Source of the DNA: an uncultured Acidimicrobiaceae bacterium
Lineage (GTDB): Bacteria > Actinomycetota > Acidimicrobiia > Acidimicrobiales > RAAP-2
Length of the DNA stretch: 64,000 bases
Assembly: GCA_963769905.1 (NCBI GenBank)
Contig: CAVYNG010000002.1
Location: 772,040-836,039, forward strand
Direction of reading: 5' to 3'
Part shown: in pieces, positions 1-9,366 of the stretch
Position numbering within the stretch: the stretch's first letter is position 1
Layout of the letters: the number at the start of each line of letters is the position of its first letter
Position numbers and translations under genes: made by a program
Notes under the pieces: model-generated
What the model was told of the DNA's origin: nothing
Database searches by the model: none
The model's input: only the letters and a program-made list of their open reading frames with translations

Positions 1-238
1 CGGAGATGACCTCCACCCCCATGCCAAGCAGCGCTTCGAGGCTGCGCACGAGGCCGACGTGGTCGATCGCCGAAGCTCCCGGCTCGAAGTCGACCAGGAA
101 ATCGACGTCGCTCGATTCTCCGGCCTCCCCTCGGACCACGGAACCGAAGAGTCGGACCCGGGTGGCCTTGTGGCCCTGCGCCAGCGCAAGGATCTCCTCC
201 CGCTTGCTTCGGACGTCCTCGAGGGTCACGCCGGGCAT
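1..238 (-). CDS. MNT-type minimal nucleotidyltransferase (toxin-antitoxin antitoxin-like), C-terminus cut by window edge
   Basis: Own translation of the minus strand from ATG (plus-strand CAT 236-238): MPGVTLEDVRSKREEILALAQGHKATRVRLFGSVVRGEAGESSDVDFLVDFEPGASAIDHVGLVRSLEALLGMGVEVIS... It carries the GSxxRGE...SDxDFLV nucleotidyltransferase signature. It is absent from the supplied ORF track because it runs off the edge. Confidence 0.7.
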   Translation of the reverse strand, partial: MPGVTLEDVRSKREEILALAQGHKATRVRLFGSVVRGEAGESSDVDFLVDFEPGASAIDHVGLVRSLEALLGMGVEVIS

Positions 239-282
239 TTCCCCAGGATACCGGGCAGCCCCGCCGACCTTGGGGTCCATCT

Positions 283-1364
283 TCAGCCGACAGCGACGCC
301 AGCGAGGACATGGTCCACCGCGGCCCTCGTCTCTTCGTCGCTGTCCGGCCAAAGGTGTCCGTAGGTGTCGAGGGTCTCGGTGGCCGATTGGTGGCCGAGT
401 CGTCTCTGGATGGTCTTGACCGAGCACCCGCGGCTGATGAGGAGCGAGGCATAGAAGTGCCGTAGGTCGTGGAACGTCGCCCACTTGGGTAGGTCGACCC
501 GCCTCGCAGCACGGTGCCACATCTCGCCGGCCGTGCTCCGACGCAGAGGAGCACCGTAGGAGTTGGTGAAGATCAGGTCCGCCGGACCGCGCCGGAATCG
601 GGCGAGGTGCTCGGCGAGCGTGCTGCCGACGACGTCGGGCAGCGGAACGGTTCGGTATCCGGCCTTGCTCTTCGGAGGCCCGAATTGCGGGACGCCGTCC
701 TTCGCGCCGACGAGCTGGCGGTTGACTCGTACTTGGCGGTGGAGGAAGTCGACCCGGTCGACGCTCAGACCGAAGCATTCCCCTTGCCGGAGACCTGTCC
801 CGGCGGCGAAGACGATGAGTCCCGGTACTGCTCGGGACACGCCTCCGCCAGCGCCTGCACCTGATCGTCCGTCAGCGGCACGACCTCACCGTCGTCCCGC
901 TTGGGTAGCGCGATCCGGCTGCAGGGCGATGCGGCGATCAGCTGGTCACCGACCGCGGCCTTGAAGATCGCGGGGACCCAGCGGTAGACGACCTCGACGG
1001 AGCCCGGGGCGAGCTTCTCGCTTCGATCCCTCACCCACGCCTGGATCTCACTGCGTCGGATTGAGCCCAAAGGCCGGTGACCGAGCAGCGGGTAGGCGTG
1101 CAGTCGGAGGTAGGTCTCGGCCTGCGCAGCAGTGCTGGGTCGGTGCACTTGGCCGACCCGCCACTGCTCGGCGTAGTCGCGGAAGGCGATGCGACCCCCG
1201 GCCGGGTCGACGTAGATGCCGTGCGCGAGATCACCACGGACGCCGTCGAGGAAGAGCTCGGCGTCGCGCTTGCGACGGAACTGCTTCGTCTTTTGCGGTC
1301 CTCCGGGGTACTCGCGCCATCGGGCCCGGTAGTGGCCGTCCGACCGTCGATCGATGCTCGCCAC
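283..1364 (-). pseudogene. Tyrosine recombinase / phage-type integrase interrupted by a frameshift near 821-823
   Basis: Two overlapping minus-strand ORFs. ORF 765-1364 gives the N-terminal part, ending ...LTDDQVQALAEACPEQYR. ORF 283-840 gives the catalytic part: LIVFAAGTGLRQGE...FHDLRHFYASLL...LGHQSATETLDTYGHLW, with the R/HxxR/Y residues. The frames join only if one base is restored in the CCC run at 821-823. The 1082-nt span is not a multiple of 3. Confidence 0.85.
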
Positions 1365-1420
1365 GTCTCCCTCCGTCCCCTCGATCGGAACTCTCGATAC
1401 CCTCCAGCGCGCCTCGAAAA

Positions 1421-1469
1421 GTCCTCAATCCGTCCTCAGGTCCTCAAAAAGTCCTCAGTTTCTGAGGAC
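1421..1469. repeat. Four direct GTCCTCA heptamers (1421, 1432, 1440, 1451) plus one inverted copy TGAGGAC (1463)
   Basis: Read directly from the sequence between the integrase start and the rnpB 3' end. AAAAGTCCTCA occurs twice (1417-1427 and 1447-1457). Confidence 0.85.
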
Positions 1470-1471
1470 TT
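1446..1471 (-). terminator. Intrinsic-terminator-like hairpin downstream of rnpB
   Basis: Perfect 10-bp inverted repeat AAGTCCTCAG-TTT-CTGAGGACTT (1449-1471). On the minus strand the stem is followed by a T5 run (plus-strand A run 1446-1450). It lies about 90 nt beyond the rnpB 3' end and upstream of the integrase. Confidence 0.5.
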
Positions 1472-1474
1472 ATT

Positions 1475-1514
1475 CGGACAACAACGGACAACAACGGACT
1501 GGGACGGACAATCA
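1475..1514. repeat. 10-bp phased tandem repeat: CGGAC at 1475, 1485, 1495, 1505 (CGGACAACAA x2, then CGGACTGGGA, CGGACAATCA)
   Basis: Read directly. The exact 10-bp periodicity places all four copies on one helical face. Confidence 0.85.
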
Positions 1515-1562
1515 AAGCACCAGCTAGATGGCCACAAATTGCACTGTAGTGCGAGGTGGTGA

Positions 1563-1950
<388 letters not shown>

Positions 1951-2031
1951 CGTCGATGTCCATCGTCCCACAGACGCGACACCCGCCTGCCGAACACCGT
2001 CGCGGACCCACCCGGGTTCTAACCTGGCGCC

Positions 2032-3495
2032 GTGGTCGTCGGACCCCGGAGCCAGCGCCTTGCAACGGTCGGGACTGGCCCTGACGCGCTCTCGATCGCT
2101 GAGCTCTACCGTCGCCTCGACCGCGCTCTCGCCCGCGCCGTCCCCGGGGAAGTATGGGTCTCGGGCGAGGTCCGTTCGTTCAACGTCAGCTCGAGCGGTC
2201 ACTGCTACCTCGAGCTGGTCGACCCGGCTGTCGCCCACGACACCAGCACCCCCGTCCTGAAGGCCGTCTGCTGGTCGAGCCGCTGGCGCATCGTGCGGGC
2301 GACGCTCGAAAACCTCGGGATCGCACTCGACGCCGGCCTCGTGGTGAGGGTGCGCGGCAAGGTCCAGCTCTACAAGCCCCGCGGCGACGTCAGCTTCATC
2401 CTCTCCGACCTCGACACCGACGCCCTGCTCGGCAAGGTGGCCGCCGCCCGGGCCCGGCTGGTCAAAGCCCTCGTCGACGAAGGGCTCTTCGAACGGAACA
2501 AGCGACTCGCCGTGGCGCCGGTGCCGCTCCGGATCGGGCTCGCGGCCAGTCCCTCGACCGAGGGCCGGCGCGATTTCCTCGGGCAGCTCGAGAACTCGGG
2601 CATGGCCTTCGACGTGCGCACGACTCGAACCCAGGTTCAGGGACGAGAGGCGCCGGGGTCGATCGCCGCGGCGATCAAGCGTCTCCAGTCGAGGGAGTGC
2701 GACCTCATCGTCGTCGTCCGCGGGGGCGGCTCGAAGGCCGACCTCGGGGCGTTCGACCACGAGAAGGTCGCCCGGGCCATCGCCACCTCGAAGGTGCCGG
2801 TCTGGACCGGCATCGGCCACACCGGCGACCTCTCCGTCGCGGACGAAGTCGCCAACCGCTCGTTCATCACCCCGACCGAGTGCGGACAAGAGCTCGCCCG
2901 GATCGTGACCGACTTCTGGCGGTCAGAGCTCGAGGTGGCCGTCACCGTGGGGAGGACCGCACGCGAGCTCATCGAGCGCGCCGATCGTCTCCTCGGCCGG
3001 CAGCGCCGGGCGGTCGCCGGTGGATCCCGCAGCCAGCTCGAGCGGCACGGTGACCGATTGGCCCACCTCGCACGCACCCTCCGCGGCGAGGCCGGCCGGC
3101 AGCTCGACACCCACAACCATCACCTCCTCGCCAAGGCGGCGACCGTTGCACGATGTGCGCGCCACACGGTGGAGGGTGAGGGACGGAGCCTCTCGTCCCG
3201 CTCCGCTCGATTGGCGACGCTCCCCGGGCGCCGGCTCGAGACGGCGGAGCTCCGCACGGTCCAGTGGCGCCGCCTGCTCGCTGCGTACGACTACCAGCGC
3301 CAGCTCGAGCGGGGCTACTCGGTGACCCGTGACGCCGAGGGCTCGGTGGTGCGGTCGGTCTCGTCGGTGGAGCCCGGCGCGCGCATCGTCACCCAGCTCT
3401 CCGACGGCGCGGTCGGCTCCGAGGTGACCGAAATCGGCAGTGGCCGCGATGCATCGTCCTCGGACGAGAAGGGACGGAGTGATGGCGACGCGTGA
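2032..3495 (+). CDS. xseA: Exodeoxyribonuclease VII large subunit
   Basis: 487-aa ORF. The N-terminal OB-fold pattern is VWVSGEVRSFNVSSSGHCYLELVD and the catalytic-domain pattern is LIVVVRGGGSKADLGAFDHE. It is followed directly by xseB. GTG start is approximate. Confidence 0.9.
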   Translation: MVVGPRSQRLATVGTGPDALSIAELYRRLDRALARAVPGEVWVSGEVRSFNVSSSGHCYLELVDPAVAHDTSTPVLKAVCWSSRWRIVRATLENLGIALDAGLVVRVRGKVQLYKPRGDVSFILSDLDTDALLGKVAAARARLVKALVDEGLFERNKRLAVAPVPLRIGLAASPSTEGRRDFLGQLENSGMAFDVRTTRTQVQGREAPGSIAAAIKRLQSRECDLIVVVRGGGSKADLGAFDHEKVARAIATSKVPVWTGIGHTGDLSVADEVANRSFITPTECGQELARIVTDFWRSELEVAVTVGRTARELIERADRLLGRQRRAVAGGSRSQLERHGDRLAHLARTLRGEAGRQLDTHNHHLLAKAATVARCARHTVEGEGRSLSSRSARLATLPGRRLETAELRTVQWRRLLAAYDYQRQLERGYSVTRDAEGSVVRSVSSVEPGARIVTQLSDGAVGSEVTEIGSGRDASSSDEKGRSDGDA

Positions 3496-3844
3496 TCGCG
3501 CAAGGGGTGGAGGGGACTCGGAAGGGATCACCGACGTGTCGGAGCTCTCGTATGCGGATGCGGGTACCGAGCTCGACGGGATCGTCCAGGAGCTCGAGAC
3601 CGGTGTGGTCGACGTCGACCGGCTCGTCGAGCAGCTCGAGCGGGCAACCAGCATCGTCGACGAGCTCGACCGCCGCCTCCGGCGCACCCGCATGCAGGTC
3701 GAGGAGCTCGTGCCACGTCTCGAGGCCATCGGCAAGAACGAGACCGTTGCTTCCGAGCTCGAAGAGCTCGACGGTGTGCCGCCCCGTACGGACCGGACCG
3801 GCGACGATTCTCCGCCCGATGGTGACTCGCCGGGCCTCTTCTGA
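3482..3844 (+). CDS. xseB: Exodeoxyribonuclease VII small subunit
   Basis: Helical pattern ELSYADAGTELDGIVQELETGVVDVDRLVEQLERATSIVDELDRRL. ATG 3482 overlaps the end of xseA. An alternative GTG at 3536 has GGAAGGGA upstream. Confidence 0.85.
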   Translation: MATRDRARGGGDSEGITDVSELSYADAGTELDGIVQELETGVVDVDRLVEQLERATSIVDELDRRLRRTRMQVEELVPRLEAIGKNETVASELEELDGVPPRTDRTGDDSPPDGDSPGLF

Positions 3845-3857
3845 GCGATCGAGTCTG

Positions 3858-5474
3858 TTACCGGCCGGGGGAGCGCGAGGAGGGCCCACGCGCCGCGACC
3901 AGACCGCCGGTCGAGGGTGCCCGACGGTAGAGCATGCCCCCCCCGGGGACGACGGCGACGAGCTGGAAATGATCGTCGACGTATGCCTTCACCGATTGAC
4001 CGAAGTCGGGAACCCCTGAGGGCTGTTCGTAGAGGATCAACCCGTCCGACTGGTGGAGCCAGCCGAGCCAAAGGCTCTGCACCTCGGCGTTGGACGCATC
4101 CGCCGTGTTGCCGCCGTTCCCGTTCGCATCGGTGAACTCGGCACCGAACCAGTCGACGGCATGTGGGCACGCTGCTTCCGAGACGCTGAATCGGTTCGCC
4201 ACGAGAAGATCGGAGTTGTCCGCGCTCAGGATGCAGGTTCCCGACGGGAACACGCGATCGACGGTGGCTGCCGGGTTGGGTGCCGATGCCGTGGGCAGCA
4301 GCTCGTAGGCCGAGTAGATCACGAAGGTCGCGGCCCCGACGACGGTGGCAACGAGCACGGCCCTTCTCGCGAACGGCAGGAGTCGACCAACGGCCGCACT
4401 CACGACGAGTGCGAGAAAGGGGGCGAGAAAGGCGGCGTAGTGCGGGTAGAACTGCGCCGATGCGATCAGCGCGAGGAAGACCAGCGCAAAGCAGGCCATC
4501 GCGCATGCATCGAGCTGAGTGACGTTCTCGAAAGGTCGGATTCGTCGTGCGAGAAGGATCGAACCCGCGACCAGTGCAGCGAGGAGCACCCAAAGGAGGA
4601 CCCACCCCGAAGCGGAAAGATGCGCCGGATCCTTCGCACCGGCGAGGACCGCGAGCCGATCGATCAGCTCTTCGCCCTGTCGATGCCGTAGAGCTTGATC
4701 GACGAGCACTTCCCGGATGGAATTCCCCGGCGCCACCACGAAGAACGGCAGGAAGACGAGACCGAATCCCACTGCAGACCCGCCGAGGAACCTGATCGCA
4801 GGCCACCGTCCGTTCCGTATCGCGAGCACGGCGAGCACGGCGAGCGGCACGATGCCCCAGAGCTTGATCGAGGTCGTGAGGCCGAGCACCACTCCTGCGG
4901 CCAGCCAGCGCGTCGACATCGTCACCCGTTCGGACTCGTCGAAGACGAGTAGGAAACCGAGCAGGGTACCGAAGACGAGCAGTGGCTCCAAGAGGACGGT
5001 GTGCTCGGCGACGAGCGTGCCTTGGTAGAAGGTGAGGATCGCTAGCCCCGCGATCAGAGCGCCGAGCGGTCGATTGCGGAGCAGGCGACCGAGCAAGCAG
5101 ACGTTCGCCATGCTGACGAGGACGATGAACACTCGTGCCCACTCGAATCCGGTCGCTGTGCTCGTCAGCTGGCCGAGCAGTGCGAACGGGGTCATCAGAA
5201 CGATGATGCCGGGGGGTTGTACGTCGACGTAGGAGTGGTAGGGAAGGAGCCCGTGCACGAGCATGAGCGCCGACCCGTAGTAGACACCGTCGTCGTACTC
5301 GGTGACGCCTCGGAAGTAGCCGAACCTCAGGCCCTGATAGGTCAGGAAACAGCCGCCGGCGAGGGCGAAGGGCACGGTGATCCAAAGCCAATGTCGGCTC
5401 TGACGAGGCAGTCGGTGGGTCGATGCTTCCCGCGGCCGAGCGACCGGCCTGGGATCGCTCGTCGTCGTTGCCAC
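3858..5474 (-). CDS. Polytopic membrane glycosyltransferase, GT-C fold (PMT_2/ArnT-like)
   Basis: 538-aa ORF with many hydrophobic helices. It has an N-terminal YDDGVYYGSALMLVHGLLPY loop after TM1 and a soluble C-terminal domain. The family call is by overall pattern only. Confidence 0.6.
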   Translation of the reverse strand: MATTTSDPRPVARPREASTHRLPRQSRHWLWITVPFALAGGCFLTYQGLRFGYFRGVTEYDDGVYYGSALMLVHGLLPYHSYVDVQPPGIIVLMTPFALLGQLTSTATGFEWARVFIVLVSMANVCLLGRLLRNRPLGALIAGLAILTFYQGTLVAEHTVLLEPLLVFGTLLGFLLVFDESERVTMSTRWLAAGVVLGLTTSIKLWGIVPLAVLAVLAIRNGRWPAIRFLGGSAVGFGLVFLPFFVVAPGNSIREVLVDQALRHRQGEELIDRLAVLAGAKDPAHLSASGWVLLWVLLAALVAGSILLARRIRPFENVTQLDACAMACFALVFLALIASAQFYPHYAAFLAPFLALVVSAAVGRLLPFARRAVLVATVVGAATFVIYSAYELLPTASAPNPAATVDRVFPSGTCILSADNSDLLVANRFSVSEAACPHAVDWFGAEFTDANGNGGNTADASNAEVQSLWLGWLHQSDGLILYEQPSGVPDFGQSVKAYVDDHFQLVAVVPGGGMLYRRAPSTGGLVAARGPSSRSPGR

Positions 5475-5622
5475 AGCCGGCCCCCCTCGGACAGCATGTC
5501 CAGAGGAGTTGTCGTCAGGACGGGACTGGATCTGAAGCCCGAGGCACCCTCGGCGGGGTGACCAGCCGTGTTGACGGAAGGGCGGGGCGTGCGTGGCGGG
5601 GCGACGAGCTCCGGCGCGGGTG

Positions 5623-7281
5623 TCAGAGGATGTTGCGCAGGCGCGTTGCCCAGTAGGGCTTGCGCAGCTCGCGCTTCAACACCTTCCCCGAAGGATTACG
5701 GGGGAGGGTCTCGACGAAATCGATCGAAGTCGGGCACTTGTAGTGCGCCAGGCGGTCCCTCGTTGCCGAGATGATGTCGTCGGCGAGTGCCCGGCGGTCC
5801 TCGGGCGCACCGGGTGTCGCGACCACGATCGCCTTCACCGTTTCGCCCCACCGGTCGTCCGGCACCCCGATGACCGCGGCATCGGCCACTTCTGGATGGG
5901 CGAGGAGGGCGTTCTCGACCTCGGCCGGGTAGATGTTCTCCCCGCCCGACACGATCATGTCCTTGATCCGGTCGTGCAGGAAGAGGTACCCCTCCTCGTC
6001 GAGCCATCCGGCGTCGCCGGTGCGGAACCAGCCGTCAGCCGAGAGGACGGACCCGGTCTCGTCGGCCTTCTCCCAGTAGCCGAGCATGTTCTGCTCGGAG
6101 CGGGTCCATACCTCGCCGACCTCCCCCGTCGCCAGCTCCTGTCCGGTCGCCGCATCCACGATGCGCAGCTCCACGTGGTCGAAGGGCCGGCCGGCGGAGC
6201 GGAGCAGGTGAGCGCGCGGACCATCGGGGTCGTGGTCGGCGGGCAGCAGCCGGGTGATCGCGCCGGTCGTCTCGGTGAGTCCGTAGACCTGCGCGAAGTC
6301 GCAGCCGAAGGCCGCCATCGACCGGACGAGCACGTCCTCGCTGATCGGCGACGCGCCGTAGAAGATGGTCCGCATCGAGCCGACGTCGGTGGTCGCAAGC
6401 TCGGGGGTGGCGAGCAACATCATCAGCACCGCCGGAACCACGAACGCCTCGGTGATCCGGTGCTGCTCGACCGCCCGCAAGAGGATCACAGGATCGATGT
6501 CCCGCACGATGATCGAGTGACCCCCGTGCGACATCCCGCTGACCGCCCATCCGGTTCCACCGATGTGGAAGAGCGGCATCGCGACCAGGGACACCGTGTC
6601 GGGCGCGATCTGGAACACCTGGTCCGCCGCGCCGAGGATCGTCGAGAAGTTGAGTCCCGAAAGCATGACGCCCTTCGGGAGTCCGGTCGTCCCGGACGTG
6701 TACAGCTGGGTCACCACGTCGTCCGGGCGCGGCTCGAAGCCGGGATCGTCCGCTTCGTCGCCGCCCGCACGCCGCCACTCGTCGAACTCCTGGAGGGGCA
6801 CCCACGTGCGGACCGAATCGACGAGTGGCGCTATTTCCTTCGCCGCAGCCGCATAGTCCGCCCCGAAGAAGAGCACCGTGGCCTGCGCGTCCTCGACGAC
6901 CGCGGCCATTTCGGTGGGCGCCAGACGCCAGTTGACCGCGACGCTCACCGCGCCGAGCAGTGCGCATCCGAAGAAGACCTCGAAGTACTCGATCCCGTTC
7001 CGGTCGAGGAACGCGACGCGGTCACCCGGTTCGACGCCTTCGGCGCTGAGCGCGCGGCTCACCTGCTTCGCGCGCCCGTAGAGCTCGTCCCAGGTGAGGG
7101 TGACGTCGCCGGCGGTCAACATCGGCGCGCCGGGCGTGGTCATCGCCCAATGCCGGAGCATCCCCGCCACCGTGCGGAGCTGCTTTGCGGCGCCGCCGAC
7201 CTGCTCTTCCACCGTCACGGTCCCTCTCGCGTGGTTGTCCAGGTCCGGACCGTCCGGACCTTGCCTGCACTGTAGGCCCAC
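5623..7281 (-). CDS. AMP-dependent acyl-CoA synthetase/ligase
   Basis: Carries the AMP-binding motif YTSGTTGLPKGVMLS, plus GEVWTRS...GYW, WFRTGDAGWLDEEGYLFLHDRIKDMI and PRNPSGKVLKREL. The true start is probably downstream of 7281. Confidence 0.88.
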   Translation of the reverse strand: MGLQCRQGPDGPDLDNHARGTVTVEEQVGGAAKQLRTVAGMLRHWAMTTPGAPMLTAGDVTLTWDELYGRAKQVSRALSAEGVEPGDRVAFLDRNGIEYFEVFFGCALLGAVSVAVNWRLAPTEMAAVVEDAQATVLFFGADYAAAAKEIAPLVDSVRTWVPLQEFDEWRRAGGDEADDPGFEPRPDDVVTQLYTSGTTGLPKGVMLSGLNFSTILGAADQVFQIAPDTVSLVAMPLFHIGGTGWAVSGMSHGGHSIIVRDIDPVILLRAVEQHRITEAFVVPAVLMMLLATPELATTDVGSMRTIFYGASPISEDVLVRSMAAFGCDFAQVYGLTETTGAITRLLPADHDPDGPRAHLLRSAGRPFDHVELRIVDAATGQELATGEVGEVWTRSEQNMLGYWEKADETGSVLSADGWFRTGDAGWLDEEGYLFLHDRIKDMIVSGGENIYPAEVENALLAHPEVADAAVIGVPDDRWGETVKAIVVATPGAPEDRRALADDIISATRDRLAHYKCPTSIDFVETLPRNPSGKVLKRELRKPYWATRLRNIL

Positions 7282-7351
7282 GCGGAGTCCGACCGATGGG
7301 TGGTGTCGGGAGGGGGAGGTGTTGGCGCGACCAGTGTCTAAGGTGGCTGCG

Positions 7352-8092
7352 ATGGCCGACCGAACCGCCGACGCCGCGTCGAACGACCGTCTCTACTTCC
7401 GGCAGCTGCTGTCCGGCCGCGACTTCGCAGTCGGCGATCAGGTCGCCCAGCAGATGGTCAACTTCGTCTACCTGATCGGTGACCGGTTGACGGGTGAGGC
7501 GCTCGTCGTCGATCCGGCGTACGGCGTCGACGATCTGCTCGCAATCCTGCGTGAGGACGGGCTGGAATGTGTCGGGGCGCTCGCCACCCACTTCCACCCC
7601 GACCACGTCGGCGGGACGATGATGGGCTGGGGGATCGAGGGGATCGTCCGTCTTGTCGAGCTCACCGGTGTGCCGGTGCACGTGCAGTCGGACGAGGCCC
7701 CCTGGGTCGAGCGCACGACCGGCGTCGGCGGCTCGGATCTCTCGACGCATCACAGCGGCGACGTCGTGACCGTGGGGTCGGTGCCGATCTCCCTGCTCCA
7801 CACCCCGGGACACACTCCCGGGAGCCAGTGCTTCCTCGTCGACGGGAAGCTGGTCGCCGGCGACACGCTGTTCCTCGACGGGTGCGGCCGGACCGATCTG
7901 CCCGGTGGTGACCCGGCCGCGCTCTACGAGTCGTTGACCACCCGCCTCGCCCGGGTGCCCGACGACACGGTGCTCTATCCGGGCCATCTCTACTCGCCCG
8001 ATCCTTCCGCGACCATGGGCTACACACGTGCGCACAACTACGTGTTCCGGCTCCGCACGGCGGAGCAATGGATGACCATGTTCGGCAACTGA
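7352..8092 (+). CDS. MBL-fold metallo-hydrolase
   Basis: HxHxDH motif (ATHFHPDHVGG), plus HTPGHTPGS and GDTLF..GCGRTD. ATG 7352 is chosen because the upstream part of the ORF overlaps the divergent ligase. Confidence 0.85.
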   Translation: MADRTADAASNDRLYFRQLLSGRDFAVGDQVAQQMVNFVYLIGDRLTGEALVVDPAYGVDDLLAILREDGLECVGALATHFHPDHVGGTMMGWGIEGIVRLVELTGVPVHVQSDEAPWVERTTGVGGSDLSTHHSGDVVTVGSVPISLLHTPGHTPGSQCFLVDGKLVAGDTLFLDGCGRTDLPGGDPAALYESLTTRLARVPDDTVLYPGHLYSPDPSATMGYTRAHNYVFRLRTAEQWMTMFGN

Positions 8093-8133
8093 CCTCCCTG
8101 GTCCGTCGGCGGTTCCCTCTACGATGACCGCCG

Positions 8134-9366
8134 ATGCCAGAGCCACTCCCCTCGGACGCCACGGTCCTCGTCGTCGGCGCGTCGCTCGCCGGGCTCCGCG
8201 CGGCCGAGGAGATCCGCCACGAGGGACATTCCGGGCCGGTGATCATCGTCGGCGACGAGCGCCATGCCCCCTACGACCGCCCACCTCTCTCCAAACAGTT
8301 CCTCGCGGGACTCTGGGACGTGGAGCGGATCCACCACCACGCGCCCGACGCGCTCGACACGCTCGGGCTCGAGTTCCGCCTCGGCCATCGGGCGGCCTCG
8401 CTCGACACGTCCGCCCAGAGGGTGGCCTTCGAGGACGGGAGCGAGCTCGGCTACGACGGACTGATCGTCGCGACCGGTGCCCGTGCCCGCCACCTACCAG
8501 GAACCGAGGGGGTGGCCGGGGTTTTCACCCTGCGCACGCTCGACGACTGCCTGGCCATCCGTGAGCGCCTCGCTGCAGCAGGAGAGGGCGGCCGAGTGGT
8601 GGTGATCGGCGCAGGGTTCATCGGGCTCGAAGTGGCCGCGACCTGTCACGGGCTTGGCGCGGCGATCACCGTGGCCGAGGCGCTCGAGACCCCGATGGCG
8701 AGGGTGCTCGGTGCGGAGATGGGCGCGGCCTGCGCGGAGCTCCATCGCCGAGAGGGTGTCGAGATCCGGACGGGCGTGGGTGTCGCCGAGGTCGCGACCG
8801 GCGTCGACGGGTCCGCGCCGCTGGTCGTACGACTCTCGGACGGCAGCGACCTCGCGGCCGACCTCGTGGTGGTGGGGATCGGCATCGAGCCCGAGCTCGA
8901 CTGGCTTCGCGACTCCGGCCTCACGCTCGACGACGGGGTGCTCTGTTCGGAGACGCTGCACGCCGCCGACCGGATCGTCGCAGCCGGCGACGTCGCCCGG
9001 TGGTTCCACCGCTCCTCGGACCGAGCAGTCCGCGTCGAGCACTGGACCCACGCCGCCGAGAGCGGTGCGGCCGCGGCGCGCAATCTGCTGGCCGGCCCTG
9101 CCGCGGTGCCCTACGACCCGGTCCCCTTCTTCTGGTCGGACCAGTACAGGACCAAGATCCAGATGATCGGCCTGCCGGATCCCGCCGACGAGGTCGTCGT
9201 CGTGAGCGGCACCCTCGAGGAGGGCAAGCTGGTCGCCCTCTATCGCCGCGGCGACCGTCTCGCCGGAGCGCTCGCGTTCAGCCAACCGCGCCAGTTGATG
9301 GGCTACCGGCCCCTGCTCGCGGCCGGGGCCTCCTTCGAGGACGCGCTGGCGCTCTCCCGGCCCTGA
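8134..9366 (+). CDS. FAD/NAD(P)-dependent ferredoxin reductase-type oxidoreductase
   Basis: Two Rossmann motifs (VLVVGASLAGLRAAE and VVVIGAGFIGLEVAA). PYDRPPLSK and HWTHA...FWSDQY are typical of ferredoxin/putidaredoxin reductases. Confidence 0.85.
   Translation: MPEPLPSDATVLVVGASLAGLRAAEEIRHEGHSGPVIIVGDERHAPYDRPPLSKQFLAGLWDVERIHHHAPDALDTLGLEFRLGHRAASLDTSAQRVAFEDGSELGYDGLIVATGARARHLPGTEGVAGVFTLRTLDDCLAIRERLAAAGEGGRVVVIGAGFIGLEVAATCHGLGAAITVAEALETPMARVLGAEMGAACAELHRREGVEIRTGVGVAEVATGVDGSAPLVVRLSDGSDLAADLVVVGIGIEPELDWLRDSGLTLDDGVLCSETLHAADRIVAAGDVARWFHRSSDRAVRVEHWTHAAESGAAAARNLLAGPAAVPYDPVPFFWSDQYRTKIQMIGLPDPADEVVVVSGTLEEGKLVALYRRGDRLAGALAFSQPRQLMGYRPLLAAGASFEDALALSRP

Noticed and set aside
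2923-5391. 822-aa minus-strand ORF
   Set aside because: It runs antisense through xseA and xseB and in an alternative frame of the glycosyltransferase. Arg-rich nonsense composition with no motifs.
5593-7275. 560-aa plus-strand ORF
   Set aside because: Antisense to the acyl-CoA ligase, which carries all AMP-binding motifs. A mirror-frame artefact of high GC3.
9303-9366. 64-bp convergent overlap of the ferredoxin reductase and transglutaminase 3' ends
   Set aside because: Convergent overlaps of this size occur in compact high-GC genomes, and the transglutaminase C-terminal tail is low-complexity. Not enough evidence to call it a regulatory antisense arrangement.
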